NCBI RefSeq assembly: GCF_006345805.1
Contig: NC_043001.1
Coordinates: 125,426,001-125,490,000 of the forward strand
Reading direction: 5' to 3'
Length of the DNA: 64,000 bases
DNA from: Octopus sinensis
Taxonomy: Eukaryota
Shown: positions 39,672 to 52,859 of the stretch, piece by piece
How positions within the stretch are numbered: position 1 is the first letter of the stretch
Layout: each line of letters starts with the position of its first letter
Program-made: the position numbers and the translations under genes
Notes under the pieces: model-generated
The model's database searches: none
The model's input: the letters and a program-made list of their open reading frames with translations, nothing else
Told to the model about the DNA's origin: nothing

Positions 39672-40085
39672 GAGGTGAGCTGGCAGAAACGTTAGCGCGC
39701 CGGGCGAAATGCTTAGCGGTATTTCGTCTGTTGTTACGTTCTGAGTTCAAATTCCGCCGAGGTCGACTTTGCCTTTCATCCTTTCGGGGTTGATAAATTA
39801 AGTACCAGTTACGCACTGGAGTCGATGTAATCGATTTAATCTGTTTGTCTGTCCTTGTTTGTCCCCTCTATGTTTAGCCCCTTGTGGGTAGTAAAGAAAT
39901 AGGTATTTTGCCTGTCGTTACGTTCTGAGTTCAAATTCCGCCGAGGTCGACTTTGCCTTTCATCCTTTCGGGGTCGATAAATTAAGTACCAGTTACGCAC
40001 TGGAGTCGATGTAATCGACTTAATACCTATGTCTGTCCTTGTTTGTCCCCTCTATGTTTAGCCCCTTGTGGGTAATAAAGAAATA
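39672..40085 (+). mobile_element. Dimeric SINE family B inserted in a family A copy
   Basis: 22-bp TSD ggtatgagttagatggtctgac (39650-39671, 40086-40107); second unit headless. Confidence 0.9.
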
Positions 40086-41289
40086 GGTATGAGTTAGATG
40101 GTCTGACCAGAACTTGTAAGCTTGGAGAGCTGTACCAGGCTCTAGTCAGTTTTGGCTCGATTTCTATTGCTAGATGCCCTTCCTAATGCCAACCACTTCA
40201 CAGAGTGCAGTGGTTACCTTCTACGTGCCATGAGCACAGGTGTCTTTTTTCATGTTACTGACATAATGTAAATAACAATCAGTAACGATATAATAATTCT
40301 TTCTAATCTTGGCACAAGGCCAGCAGTTTTGAAGGGAAGGGGGCAAGTTCATTACAGCAACCCCGGTGCTTGACTAATACTTTATTTTATCAACCCAAAA
40401 GGGATGAAAGACAAAGTTGACCTTGGTGGGATTTGAACTCAAATCATAAAATTTCAGAAGAAATGCAGCTAAACATTTTGTCCAACACACTAACAATTCT
40501 ACCAGGTCACCACCTTCAGTGACAATATAATAATGATATAATAATAATGATAATGAACAATTTAAATTATGAAACACACTCAACAAATACTCAAAAATTT
40601 CCTTAAAGCTACAGATGTCATTGAATCTCAATGAATTATTTTGTTTCTGTTTTTCATGCTTGTTTTTCTGTTTATTTTCTACATTCTTTTGGTGTTTATT
40701 CTTCGTTTTTATTATTATTGGCACAGTAGTTGTTGGTGTTGCAATTAAAATAATAGCAATATTTAAATAACAGTGTTAAAAGGAAATTCTTAGTTAATTC
40801 TTTTAAAGTCTTCACATATAAAATTCATTAATGACATTCTGAGTGGTCTTAGAAAGAAATTCTTGTTCAAAAGTGGTTAAGAAAAAAAAAAAATCCTCTA
40901 TTAACAAAAGTGGTATGGTAGGAAATTATTCTTATTAAAATATTGTTTAAAAAATATTTTATCATCATCATCATCATCGTCATTTTAATGCCCACTTTTC
41001 CGTGCTTGTTTGGATCAGATGAAATTCATTGAGGGAGAATTTCTATGGCTGGATGCTTTTCTTGTTCACCAACTCTCAACTGTTTCCAAGCAAGCTCATA
41101 TTTACCCTCTTTGTACATGAAACAGCCAAATGGTTGGACATGATTTAACAGAAGATTGCAAACAGGCAACACTGCAGGTATGACACTGACGTTTGTTTAC
41201 AATTAGCATACAATATCGAGACGAAGACATACATATATACATACTTACATGATGAGATTCTTTGTCTTTTTCATTATCCTTCATCCTTA

Positions 41290-41517
41290 ATCTTTTACTT
41301 ATTTCACTTCGTGGACTGTGGCCATGCTAGAGCACCACCTAGAAGAGCTTAGTTGAACAAAGTGACCCCAATATTTATTTTGTCAGACTGGTACTTATTC
41401 TATCTTTTTTTTTTTATGCTGAGCCACTAAGTTGCAGGGATGTAAACAAACCAACACTTGATCAAGTAGTGGTGGGGAACAAACATAAATACAAAGACAC
41501 ACACACACATATACATG

Positions 41518-41563
<46 letters not shown>

Positions 41564-41715
41564 TGCACACACACATGCACACATAGCTGGGTTCTTTCAG
41601 TTTCTACTTACCAAATCCACTCAGCCTGAGTTTATAGTGGAACACACTTGCCCAATATGTCACACAGTGGGACTGAACCCAGAACCATGTAGTCAGGAAG
41701 CAAATTTACTACACA
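41290..41715 (-). mobile_element. SINE family C, diverged
   Basis: Matches other family C copies. Confidence 0.75.
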
Positions 41716-42541
41716 GTCACACCTGTACCTAGATTTTTCTGCAACTTTTCTTGTGTTTCTCTGGGGGGTTTTTGTTGTTATTTTTTTTTTTGTTTTTGTT
41801 TTTGTTATTGTTTTTATTTGTCATAACCATCATATTGTAAAAGTCTTGCAATGTTTCATAGGAAAATCCTGTATCAAGTTGTAGAATTAATGGGTTGTTT
41901 GCATGTTCCAGTATAGTTTCAATTTCTTGTTTTCCTAATGATCCTTTGATATTTAGAATTATTTCTTCTTTGTGCGAATGTCATCATGTTGAGCATGTGA
42001 CTTTAACAATGACTTTGTTTCTTCAACGTTTTTAATCAAACATGTTATGGAACTTTTATTGAAAGGATTATAACAAAGTCTAACCATAGTTTGTTCTTAC
42101 AAGCATGCGTTGATTCTGTGACACTTCAATTCTATTATGTGACATTACAATTGAGCAAACTACAGTTTCTTTTCTTATTCAAATCACTAGATTCTGATTG
42201 GATAAAAAAAACTTAATGTTAAAAAATGCATTCAACTTGTAGAAACTTGTGTGTGTAGGTGGGTGCATTATTTAGCCGTAAAGTTACATAAGTAATTCAA
42301 GGGGCTTCAGTTTCATAAATGTGCAATGCATAAAACTCTGTGCCTTTAATTCATTTATGGAACTTATCAGCTGAGACTGATGGCATGAAAAAAAGCACCC
42401 AGTATACTTTGTAAAGTAGTTGGCATTTGGAAGGGCATCCAACTATAGAAACCATTCCAAAACAGTGGAGCCAACATATCCTTGCAGGACTTGCCAGAAC
42501 CTATCAAGCCGTCCATGCCAGCATTGGAAAACAGACATTAA

Positions 42542-42573
<32 letters not shown>

Positions 42574-42640
42574 ATATATATGTGTGTGTGTGTGTATGTG
42601 TGTATAGATAGATAGATAGATACATACATACATACATACA

Positions 42641-42673
<33 letters not shown>

Positions 42674-43094
42674 TTTTTCATGCTGGCATGGGTTGGATAG
42701 TTTGACAGAGGTCTAGCAAGCCTGTGGGCTGCACCAGTCTCCAATCTGATCTGGCAATCTTTCTATGGCTGGGTGCCCTTCCTAACACCAACCACTCTGA
42801 GTGTTTAGTGGGTGCTTTTTATGTGCCACCGGCACGGGAGCCAGTCAGGGAGCACTGGCATTGACCACATTTGGATGTTGACGATGCTGACATGGTTTGG
42901 ACAGTTTGACAGGAGCCAGGCAAGCCAGAGAGCTGCACCAGGTCCCATTGTCTGCTTTGGCAGGGTTTCTACAACTGGATACCCTTCCTAATGCCAACCA
43001 CTTTACAGAGTGTACTGAGCATTTTTTATGTGACACCAGCACCTGTATGACCTGCACAATGATGGGAAGATGATTTAGTTTACTGATTTGGGCA

Positions 43095-43244
43095 CATTTA
43101 AGTTTAATTTGTCAAAATATTTTCATCGCTATAAGACCGCGACCTGTTCACTGACAAAAATCCGTGATGCAGCACAAATTTTTGTCAGTGAACAGGTCAC
43201 AGTCTTAAAGCGACGAAAATATTTTGACAAATTAAACTTAAATG
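43095..43244. ncRNA. 150-bp palindrome; each arm encodes a type I hammerhead-like motif with G3:C8 core (plus 43181-43231, minus 43158-43108)
   Basis: 67-bp arms with 4 mismatches and a 16-nt spacer; tttgtca GTGAACA g gtc(a/g)c-9nt-gcga(c/t) GAAA atat tt tgacaaa. Confidence 0.7.
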
Positions 43245-43416
43245 ATGAAGTGAATTGAACGGCTTTTGTGTGTTTCTTAAATGGCTTACAAATACCTTCC
43301 ACGCTGCAATTGTTTTCGTTTCAGCACACGATCTCAGATCAAATCACTTGCTATGCAAGTACATCTCCGTATATATATATTTTCAGCCTTATCTGCTTAA
43401 GAACTTCTCCATTTAA

Positions 43417-43629
43417 CCCTATTGTTACCATATTTCTGTTGACACATATTACCTTTATTTTCAGTAATTTTGAAAATTAGAAGAATTTAGTAAAATTGTG
43501 ATCAAGTTGGTATTTAGAACTTAATTTTGACATGAAATTTTGATCGAAGGTATTAATTTAAATCACTGTAATATAGTAATTAATATCACAGAACGAGGAG
43601 CAGTCTCAGGTGGGCTGGTATCAAAAGGA
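43417..43629. mobile_element. piggyBac-like MITE
   Basis: TTAA|ccctattgttacc ... ggtatcaaaagga|TTAA. Confidence 0.7.
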
Positions 43630-45225
43630 TTAAGCACTAATCAATAACATGACCTCTTTAAGGTTTGTACGATAAGTAGGATCTGCATGGATGTTGCGAT
43701 GTTCATATCTTGCTCGGGATGTTAGCATTACTGAAATTGCTTCTACAAGGAGTTGAACCTAAGTTGTGGACTACATTTGGGTGATTATTAACTACATCTG
43801 TGCCACATTTTTCACCATATATATAATTGATGTGAAGACTAATAACCACTGTAAATGCCATGGAAAGACAATACAAAACAAGATTGACAGTTCTTAACTC
43901 ATAAACATTTGATGCCCATTTTTTATGCTGGCATGGATTGGATGGTTTGACAGGAACTGGCAGGTTAGGGACCATACCAGGTTCCATAGTCTGCTTTGGC
44001 ATGGTTTCTACAGCTGGATGCCCTTCCTAATGCCAACCACCTTACAGAGTGTACAGAGTGCTTTTTACGTGACACCATCACTGGTGCTTTTTACATGGCA
44101 CCTTGGTTTTAAGGATTAAGGTAAAGTCAACCTCAATGGAATTTGAACTCAGAATGTAAAGATGGACAAAATGCCTCTAAGCCTTTTGCCTGGCATGCTG
44201 ATGATTCTGCCAGCTTACTGCCCTGAGCTGACCAGAAATATTAACATCAACAACCTATCATGTGTAAATTTTATTGGAAAAAAATTGATTTTATCATGTC
44301 AATATACACTGCTAGTATACTGTAATTCTTGAAACAGGGTGAGATGACTATTATAACTTACATGTTATATACTTTGCCATCTTATTCGGTGAAGATCAAA
44401 GGGAGACAAGTTAATATTGTTCATTCAGTGGCTTATTACTTAACTTGCATGAAAAATTGAGAAAGTGAAGAGGAAGCGATCTGAGGAAAGAGCTGGACAT
44501 TAATTCTTTCTAATTTTGGTACAAGGCCAGCGATTTGAGGGGAGGGGAAAGCTGATTACATCAATCCCGCTGCTTAACTGGTACTTACTTATTTTATCGA
44601 TCCTCAAAAGGATGAACAGTTGGACATTAATTAAGGGTATCTGTCGATGTGTACAATAAATATAACCACACTGATTCAGAGTGAAAAAAATGTGCTCTGA
44701 TGATCAGAGAAAGTTTCCATAGCAAAGAAACAGACATGTTAAGTGATTAAGAAGTTTGGATTACAACCTCTCATATTCTGGGTTCAGTCTCTCTCTCTCT
44801 GTGACACCAAGGTATTTCCCTTAATCCTTTATTAGGGTGCAGAAGTCTGCAAAACATAACAGCTCATATGATTTATTGCTCAACACAATAACAGTGCTAA
44901 ACGAAGCCCAATCTATTTTATCTTTTAGCGTTTACTTGTTTCAGTCACATGACTACCGCCATGCTGTGGCATCACCTTTAGTTAAACAAATCAACTCTGG
45001 TACTTATTCTTAAAAGTTTCATACTTACTCTATCAGTTTCTTTTGCCTAACTGCTAAGTTACAGAGACGTAATCAAACATTGGTTGTCAAGCAATGTTAG
45101 TGGAGGGATGAGTACAAACATAAAGACTCATACACACCCACACATGTACACTCACACACATGCCCACATGTGCACATGTATGTGTGTGTGTATGTATGTA
45201 TGTATCTATATAAATATAGTTCAAA

Positions 45226-45342
45226 TTTACAGAAAGCAAAAGATGAAGACAGGTGAGAGAACAACAAGCAGGTGTATTAGTTTAATACTTGGGAAGAATG
45301 GAAAAGTCTGACATTTCAAACCTATACTCTTTGACAGAAAGG
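45226..45342 (-). mobile_element. Degenerate copy of the 17298/59010 hammerhead-like family
   Basis: Minus strand: tttctgtcaaagagtataggtttgaaatgtcagact. Confidence 0.5.
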
Positions 45343-45419
45343 AGTGAGAGGCAATAAGGTAGGAAAGATGAAAGCCCAAGAAAGGTAGAATTTCAGTCAT
45401 GCAGGTTCAAACTAGGGTT

Positions 45420-45495
<76 letters not shown>

Positions 45496-45534
45496 TAAAT
45501 GCATATATACACAGTGGCCTTCAACACAGTTTCT

Positions 45535-45763
45535 TATTTCTTTATTACCCACAGGGGGCTAAACATAGAGGGGACAAACAAGGACATACAAAGGGATTAA
45601 GTCGATTAGATCGACCCCAGTACGCAACTCGTACTTAATTTATCAACCGCGAAAGGATGAAAGGCAAAGTCGACCTTGACGGAATTTGAACTCAGAACAT
45701 TAAGACAGATGAAATACCACTAAGCTTTTCGCCCGGCATGCTAACGTTTCTGTCAGATCACCT
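45535..45763 (-). mobile_element. SINE family B inserted in a family C remnant
   Basis: 17-bp TSD ccttcaacacagtttct (45518-45534, 45764-45780). Confidence 0.9.
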
Positions 45764-46272
45764 CCTTCAACACAGTTTCTATCTACCAAATCCACTTGCA
45801 AGGCATTGATTAGCTCAGGGCTATAATAGATGACACTTTTCCCAAGGTGTTGTACAGACAGATTGAACTTGAAACTATGTGATTGCAAAGTAAGCTGCTG
45901 CTTAACCACACAGCCACACCTATGAGCAACATTAATAGAGATGAGTGGAAGGTGTCAGTGACCCTCCTCTTTGATTTTGTTTTCATACCATGAGATGTTT
46001 TGATCCTACCTTTAGAAGTCTGATGTATGTACCATCTAGTTGCTGGTTATTTCAATTAACCATATACCAATCTCCTACAAAGTCGTGGCCTTGTGCCAAT
46101 GTAAAAATTCTGTATTTTCAGTGATATTTATAGGTTTCCATCAAATTTCATCAATTTACAATGACTTTTGCTATCCTTTCCATTGATATTTCCAATTGTA
46201 ATCATATATTCATAGAACCATTTATTTGATTATAGGTACTATAATTAGCAGAGTTGCTTTTAGGCCAATTAC

Positions 46273-46333
46273 CTTTTCGGTGGCCAACTTCAGACCTCCT
46301 CAACAAAATTACCAGTTAGTTTGTTAACGAAGC
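46273..46333 (-). other. Candidate exon of a minus-strand transcript
   Basis: Strong acceptor cttttcttttttggctgtttattttctttag; alternative GTAATT donors after 46313 and 46273. Confidence 0.3.
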
Positions 46334-47126
46334 CTAAAGAAAATAAACAGCCAAAAAAGAAAAGTAATTTTTACTATTTTCAGCATATATGGTGGGGCTC
46401 TGATGTCCTTGTCTAATGCTCTTTGAATAAAAATGAATTTGAAGAATATACTGATTTCAAATTTTGGCACAAGGCCAGCAGTTTCGGGGGACAGGATAAG
46501 TTGATTTCATCAATCCCAGTGTTCAACTGGTACTTATTTTATCAACCCCAAAAAGGCAAAGTCGACTTCGGTGGAATATGAATTCAGAATGTAAAGACAA
46601 ACAAAATACTGCTAAGAGTTTTGTCTAATATGCTAACGATTCTGCCATCTCGCCACCTTAGATTTGAATCCTCATCATCATCATCATCATCATCATTTAG
46701 CATCTGTTTTCCATGCTGGTATGGGTTAGATGCTTTGACTGGAACTGGTAAGCCAGAGAGCTGCACTAGGTCTGATTTGGCTCGGTTTCTATGGTTGGAT
46801 GCCCTTCCTAAAGCCAACCACACCAAGAGTGTAGCAGGTGTCTTTTACGTGTCACCAGCACTGGCCACAACTGCAATTTCACTTGGCTTGATGAGTCTTC
46901 TCAAGCACAGCAAATTGCCAAAGGTCTCAATCACTTGTCATTTTCAATCCATGAGACTCAACATTTGAAGGTAATATATTGATTTCTTTATTACCCACAA
47001 GGGGTGAACATAGAAGATACAGAACATTGGGGACACAAAACATCACAATTACGAGTATGAAAAAATGGAAAATGAAAATGATAGATGAAAGCGATACTAA
47101 CGGCCCCATCCACTAGCATCACTTAC

Positions 47127-47335
47127 CTGTCCGAAATACAATACACATCATTCTCTATTTTCTTATCAAATCTCTTTTCCAATTTCGTAATAGTCTCTTT
47201 TTCCCATTCAATTCTAAACACTTTATAGTTCATCTCTGTACATTTTTCCATGAATTCCTCTAAACATTCATCCGCGATTAAAGCGCACGTATCGCTAAAA
47301 ACGACCATGTATCCACTCCAACCAATGTCAAACAT
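47127..47335 (-). other. Candidate first exon (69-codon ORF or 5' UTR) of an unidentified transcript
   Basis: Perfect donor CAG|GTAAGT at 47127; local CpG cluster; non-repetitive MFDIG...DVYCISD, no family recognised. Confidence 0.35.
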
Positions 47336-48040
47336 GAAAATTTGCTTTATTATGAAGTTGATGATAAGGGTTACAATGACACAGACAATAGGCATGATGA
47401 TGTAACTGACAATGATGATAACGATAATGATGAGGAGAAGGAAGAGGGTGATGAAATAAAATTTGAAAATAAAAATTTGATTTTGATTTGATTGCATTAA
47501 TTTAAGAAGGATTGATACTAATTTAGTATGGCAGCGGTATAATCCATAGATGATTGAATGGCTGAATGAAGGAATGGAGAAACTTGAAAGTAGTGATAAA
47601 GAAGTTTATATCTTTCTTCTTAGTTGTAATGGTGGTAATTGGAAGGGGTATCGATGGTGATGAGGGCCGGTGGTGGTGGTGGTGGTGAGATGATATTAGT
47701 GGTGGTGGTCATGGTGGCAGTGGTGGTGGCAGCAGCAATAGTAGTAGTAGTAGTGATAGTAGTAGTAGCTGTGTTATTAGTAGCAGCAGCTACTGATTCA
47801 AGAAAAGGTGGGATTGAGAGGAAAAAACAAAACAAAATTCCAAAAGAAATGAAAGAGCAAACAAAATGAAAGAAAAGAAGAACTAAAACTTAAAAGGAAA
47901 CAAAAAAGAATTTTGTAGGAATTTATTGAGGATTTGTTTAAAAGTAAAAAAAAAGAAAAATATTTTGTTGGAAAATTTTACTGCAATCTGAAAGATATGT
48001 GAAGAAGATTAAAATTTAAAATGTGACAGAAGTGTGTGTG

Positions 48041-48092
<52 letters not shown>

Positions 48093-48685
48093 TATATATA
48101 TATATATAATATATATATAATATATATATATATATATGTACATACATACACACATATATATATATGTTCATAGAGTCATTGAGACAAAGTCAAAGCAGGG
48201 TCATACTGACATGTTTTGTTGTGGTTTCACTTAATCATTACTTAATGCAAGAATGACAAGTTTCATCATCAATATCTCATCGTTACTTTCATATCATTAT
48301 CAGCACACTAACACCATCACCACCGCTGCCACCACCACCACCACCACCACCACCACTACTATCACTGTCATCCTTGTCATCTTTCTAACTCCTGCAATGA
48401 TTGTTCCTGCAGGGGACCCCAACCTACGTCTTGTCCTCCATCACCCATTTCTACCTGGCAATAAGAGCTATAGTTTGTCTCAGTGCTGTAAGAGTAAGTG
48501 TGTGTATGTGTAAGAATGAAGATGTGTTATTTTCTGTGCGTGCAGTAGGAATGATGTAATAGAATATTTGCTTTTGGTTCTTGACTGTTGCACAACTAGC
48601 TTGTGTGTATGAGGTGATCTGAATGTCTTTTACCGTCTTAGCTGAAGGTTTCTCATGCTTCAGCAGCTTTTAAGTTGGAGTGAAA

Positions 48686-48722
<37 letters not shown>

Positions 48723-48759
48723 TGACTATAAGAGAGTTGATTAAGAGATAGGAAGAAAT

Positions 48760-49150
48760 CACATTTAGAGAGGTTTCATACCCTATGGCTTCTTTAGCAA
48801 CAGTATCATCATTAACAAGAACAAAGACAATGCTTTAGACTGATGGCCTAAATTATGACAGTAACGGGGAGAATTTTAATGCAACTGATTAGGAAGAGGA
48901 TTAGCAATAATGAGGCAGACGAGATGGAGTTCATGTTTGTGTTTGGACATGGTACAACCTATACTCCCTTCCTAGTGAGACAACAACACAAGTTCTTGGC
49001 AAATAGCAAGGCCACTATGCCTAACATTCATTGACCTGGATAAACCCTATAACATAGAACCACTCTCTTTAGTTTGATGGCTACTGAGAAATTTTGACTT
49101 AGATGAATGGCTTGTTAGAGCCGTGTAAGCTATATACAGAGGTACCATTC
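48760..49150 (+). pseudogene. Decayed RTE-clade LINE reverse-transcriptase fragment
   Basis: KNKDNALD..LIRKRI..DEMEFMFVFGHGTT..FLVRQ..KFLA..FIDLDK..LDEWLVRAV matches RTE RT domain motifs, with frameshifts. Confidence 0.75.
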
Positions 49151-49173
49151 AGCAAATTGAGAAATGTCACTAA

Positions 49174-49623
49174 GGGATCTTTTCGGTTTGGATGGCAGTT
49201 TTTTAAAATAATTTCCACGTAACTAAACACTTTTAAACTTCGTATACTGGTAGAATGTGTTTATAAAACATCTTTTTCTCTTGGCTTTATTGAGAAGATT
49301 CTATAGTTTGTAAGATATTTGTTGTTGTTTTTCTTCAATTTCTGCAATTTCAACCAATCAGTGACGTCTATTGAGGTGAAAACATTCTGTGCCGTATGAA
49401 TATGTCCCTCGTTTAAGAAACAGATTGGGTTTATTTACATTTCTGAAGAAAAAAGATACCCTTCCCCCCACCCCTAACCCTAACCCTAACTAATCCTAAC
49501 CCTGACTAACCCTAACCCTAAAACAGATTGAAATGCAATAGATCGATACTAGGGTCATAATTATGGGCGACAATTTCATATGACATCGCTAGAAAAAACT
49601 GCCGTTCAAACCGAAAAGATCCG
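49174..49623. mobile_element. MITE (Kolobok-like termini) with internal (CCCTAA)n
   Basis: 30-bp TIR ggatcttttcggtttg(ga/aa)(t/c)ggcagtttttt with 2 mismatches; TTAA-like flanks ctaa/ttac; CCCTAA repeats at 49472-49521. Confidence 0.8.
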
Positions 49624-49880
49624 TTACTAAGTTCAGTAAAAAATTTAGTGTGCAGTTAAGCGTTCATCAACAATTAGTTCTTGGGTCTGTCCTGTTTATT
49701 ATAGTTCTCCAGAACATATCAGAGGAACTTAAGAATGGGTGTTGATGGGTACTGCTGTTTGCTGTTGACATAATTCTCAAGGCTGATTCTTTTGAAGATT
49801 TTGTGAAGGAGTTCTAAATCATAGAAGCAAAGTCTAGAATCAAAAAGCCTTAAGTTAAATCTCATCATCATCATCATCAT

Positions 49881-50288
49881 AGGCGCAGGAGTGGCTGTGT
49901 GGTAAGTAGCTTGCTTACCAACCACATGGTTCCGGGTTCAGTCCCACTGCGTGGCACCTTGGGCAAGTGTCTTCTACTATAGCCTCGGGCCGACCAAAGC
50001 CTTGTGAGTGGATTTGGTAGATGGAAACTGAAAGAAGCCTGTCGTATATATGTATATATATATGTATGTGCGTGTGTGTTTGTGTGTCTGTGTTTGTCCC
50101 CTAGCATTGCTTGACAACCGATGCTGGTGTGTTTATGTCCCCGTCACTTAGTGGTTCGGCAAAAGAGACCAATGGAATAAGTACTGGGCTTACAAAGAAT
50201 AAGTCCCAGGGTCGAGTTGTTCGATTAAAGGTGGTGCTCCAGCATGGCAGCAGTCAACTGACTGAAACAAGTAAAAGAGTAAAAGAGT
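49881..50288 (+). mobile_element. SINE family C, full length
   Basis: tRNA-like head aggcgcaggagtggctgtgtggta...gggttcagtccc; tail (aaaagagt)2. Confidence 0.9.
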
Positions 50289-50329
50289 ATGTACCATACA
50301 CCTACAGTGCATTGATAACATTTCAATGA

Positions 50330-50585
50330 AAGTTGTTCCAATCAAGCACAGGTACTCCAGCTATCTTCCACTCTTGTCCAGCCATCTCTTGATATTGTCC
50401 ATACCTTGTGTTCTTTGCCTGCCTCTTGATCTACTATCCTCTACTTTTGCTTCTATGATATTGCTTTCCAAACCTCCGCTTTTTCAAATATAATAGATGA
50501 ACTTTTGTTTTTTCACAATGTTCAGTTGTTGTCTTTCACATACTTGTTGTAACATCCATTCATTTGTCTGCTGAGTCTTGTAAAG
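50330..50585 (-). pseudogene. RTE LINE RT C-terminal fragment
   Basis: TNEWMLQQVCERQQLNIVKKQK..GLESNIIEAKVEDSRSRGRQR..MDNIKRW matches the RTE TNE.VL...GKVEG.R.RGRQR..WMDNIK.W motif. Confidence 0.75.
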
Positions 50586-50764
50586 AGACTTGTAACATTG
50601 TCCTAGCTAGCAAAGCCAAAAGTTTCAGTTAGCAGGAAAGGAGACAGGAAGATAGGGATGTGCTGCCATCTACTATCACATTGTGACTACAACCAAGACA
50701 ACTTAACTGTAAAATGTCTTAGTTCACACACACATCGATAGGGACCGCAGGACAAGAACAACTC

Positions 50765-51182
50765 GTCTCAAGAATTTGTCTTATGAAGAAAGGCTGAAGA
50801 CGCTCGACCTTTATTCTCTAGAAAAACGACGACGCCGTGGTGATCTCATTCTTGCTCACAACATTATAAGCAGAAAGTGTAACCTCTCGAAAGAGCTGTT
50901 CTTCACTCCTGCGCTAGAGCGTAGGCTGCGGGGTCATTCCGAAAAGCTCTATCTGCGACTATTTCATCTCAATCGAAGGAGAGGGGCTTTCTCCGCCCGG
51001 GTTGCGGATCCGTGGAATAAGCTGCCGGACGAGATGGTGAGGATGCCGACGACCGCTCGGTTCAAAGTCTCCCTTGACCAGAAATGGCCTGAACTCTTTA
51101 CATGAACACCACCCTGTACATAACTCCATGTCCCCCTACATGGCCTTGTTTTTTGCTTTTTGAGCCAAGAAATTAACTAACT
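50765..51182 (+). mobile_element. 5'-truncated CR1-type LINE, young
   Basis: SYEERLKTLDLYSLEKRRRRGDLI..RGHSEKL..FSARVADPWNKLP..FKVSLD; (AACT)n tail; possible TSD aactc. Confidence 0.9.
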
Positions 51183-52039
51183 AACTCAATGCTGTCAACA
51201 GCAGATAGTAAAATTAACAAGTGTTTCATGAGCTTGCCCTGTTACTATATCGCTACTATTTATAAGTATAACTTGGAATGGAATTAATACATCTTCAAAC
51301 AAACACTATACTGAAGATGAGTCATCCTGCTATTCTCTGCCACTTTAGAAAACTGATGTTATTCTCAAGAAGAAAATCATAATTAACATGTTTAATTAAA
51401 ATATGTCTCTTAAAGAACAAAACATTGAAATTTATAAAAGGAAACCTAAACATCGGTAAACATTGATCGTCTTTATGGCTGGATTCTGACAGAGTTTGAA
51501 TGCGTGCAAATTAACCTTAATTAAAACTTCCAACATCATAAATGTTTATTGTAATGTTATGGTTAACGAAAAGAAAAAAATAAAATAAATAAACTAATAA
51601 TGTTTTTATTGAATCAACGTAGTTTCATGGATTCTGTATTTATTGAATTGATGGAAATGATAGCAGCGTTAGTAGCATCATCATTATCTTTTTCCTTTTA
51701 ATTTTGCTTCTCCTGTGTCGTCTTGAGATGAACAAGTCTGCAACAGCACAGTTATATTCATCATAACCCTCTGTCATCTCAGTTGTAAGGTCTAATCTTT
51801 CTCAGGTCTAATCTTTTTTTTTTTGGCTGGAGGGAGGGGGATCCCCCTTTGAGACTTCTTTGGCTCATCTTTATCGCTGGTGCAAAAAGTTGGCTCTTGT
51901 TGCACATTTTACATTCATACATACAATCCACTCATAGATTTTATTTTCATTCAAGTTCTCTCTGCAGTATCTATAAACGTAACACTGGATAGGTTGTATG
52001 TGTGTGTGTATGAGAGTATGTTTGTGTGTGCGTGCATAT

Positions 52040-52211
52040 AGGCGCAGGAGTGGCTGTGTGGTAAGTAGCTTGCTAACCAACCACATGGTTCCGGGTTCAG
52101 TCCCACTGCGTGGCATCTTGGGCAAGTGTCTTCTGCTATAGCCTCGGGCCGACCAATGCCTTGTGAGTGGATTTGGTAGACGGAAACTGAAAGAAGCCCG
52201 TCGTATATATG

Positions 52212-52255
<44 letters not shown>

Positions 52256-52460
52256 TGTTTGTGTGTCCATGTTTGTCCCCCTAGCATTGCTTGACAACCG
52301 ATGCTGGTGTGTTTATGTCCCCATCACTTAGCGGTTCGGCAAAAGGGACCAATAGAATAAGTACTGGGCTTACAACGAATAAGTCCTGGGGTCGATTTGC
52401 TCGACTAAAGGCGGTGCTCCAGCATGGCCGCAGTCAAGTGACTGAAACATGTAAAAGAGT
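52040..52460 (+). mobile_element. SINE family C, full length
   Basis: Matches other family C copies. Confidence 0.9.
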
Positions 52461-52859
52461 ATGTGTGTGTACATGTGTGTGTGTGTGTGTTGTGTGTGTG
52501 TGTGTGTGCAGGTATTGTTGTGCAGCTAAGAAGTTTGCTATACAACTATATGGCTTGGATTTCAGTCTTTTTATATCTTTCATCGTTATCACCATTATCA
52601 TCAGCAGCATCATTTAACATCTGATTTTGATGCTGGCATGGGTTAGACAGTCCAACAGGATCTGACAAACCAGAGGATTGCATCAAACTCCAATGTAAAT
52701 AATCGAACATTAGTTGTCCAGTAGTGGGGGGGGGTACAAACACAAGCATAAAGAAATATGCACATAAATATCTACACAGACACACACACACACATACACA
52801 TACATATATACATAAGTACATGCATGCATACGTACATACATACATACATACACGCATAC

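Noticed and set aside
49472-49521. Chromosome end or fusion site
   Set aside because: The repeat is short, degenerate and enclosed by MITE TIRs.
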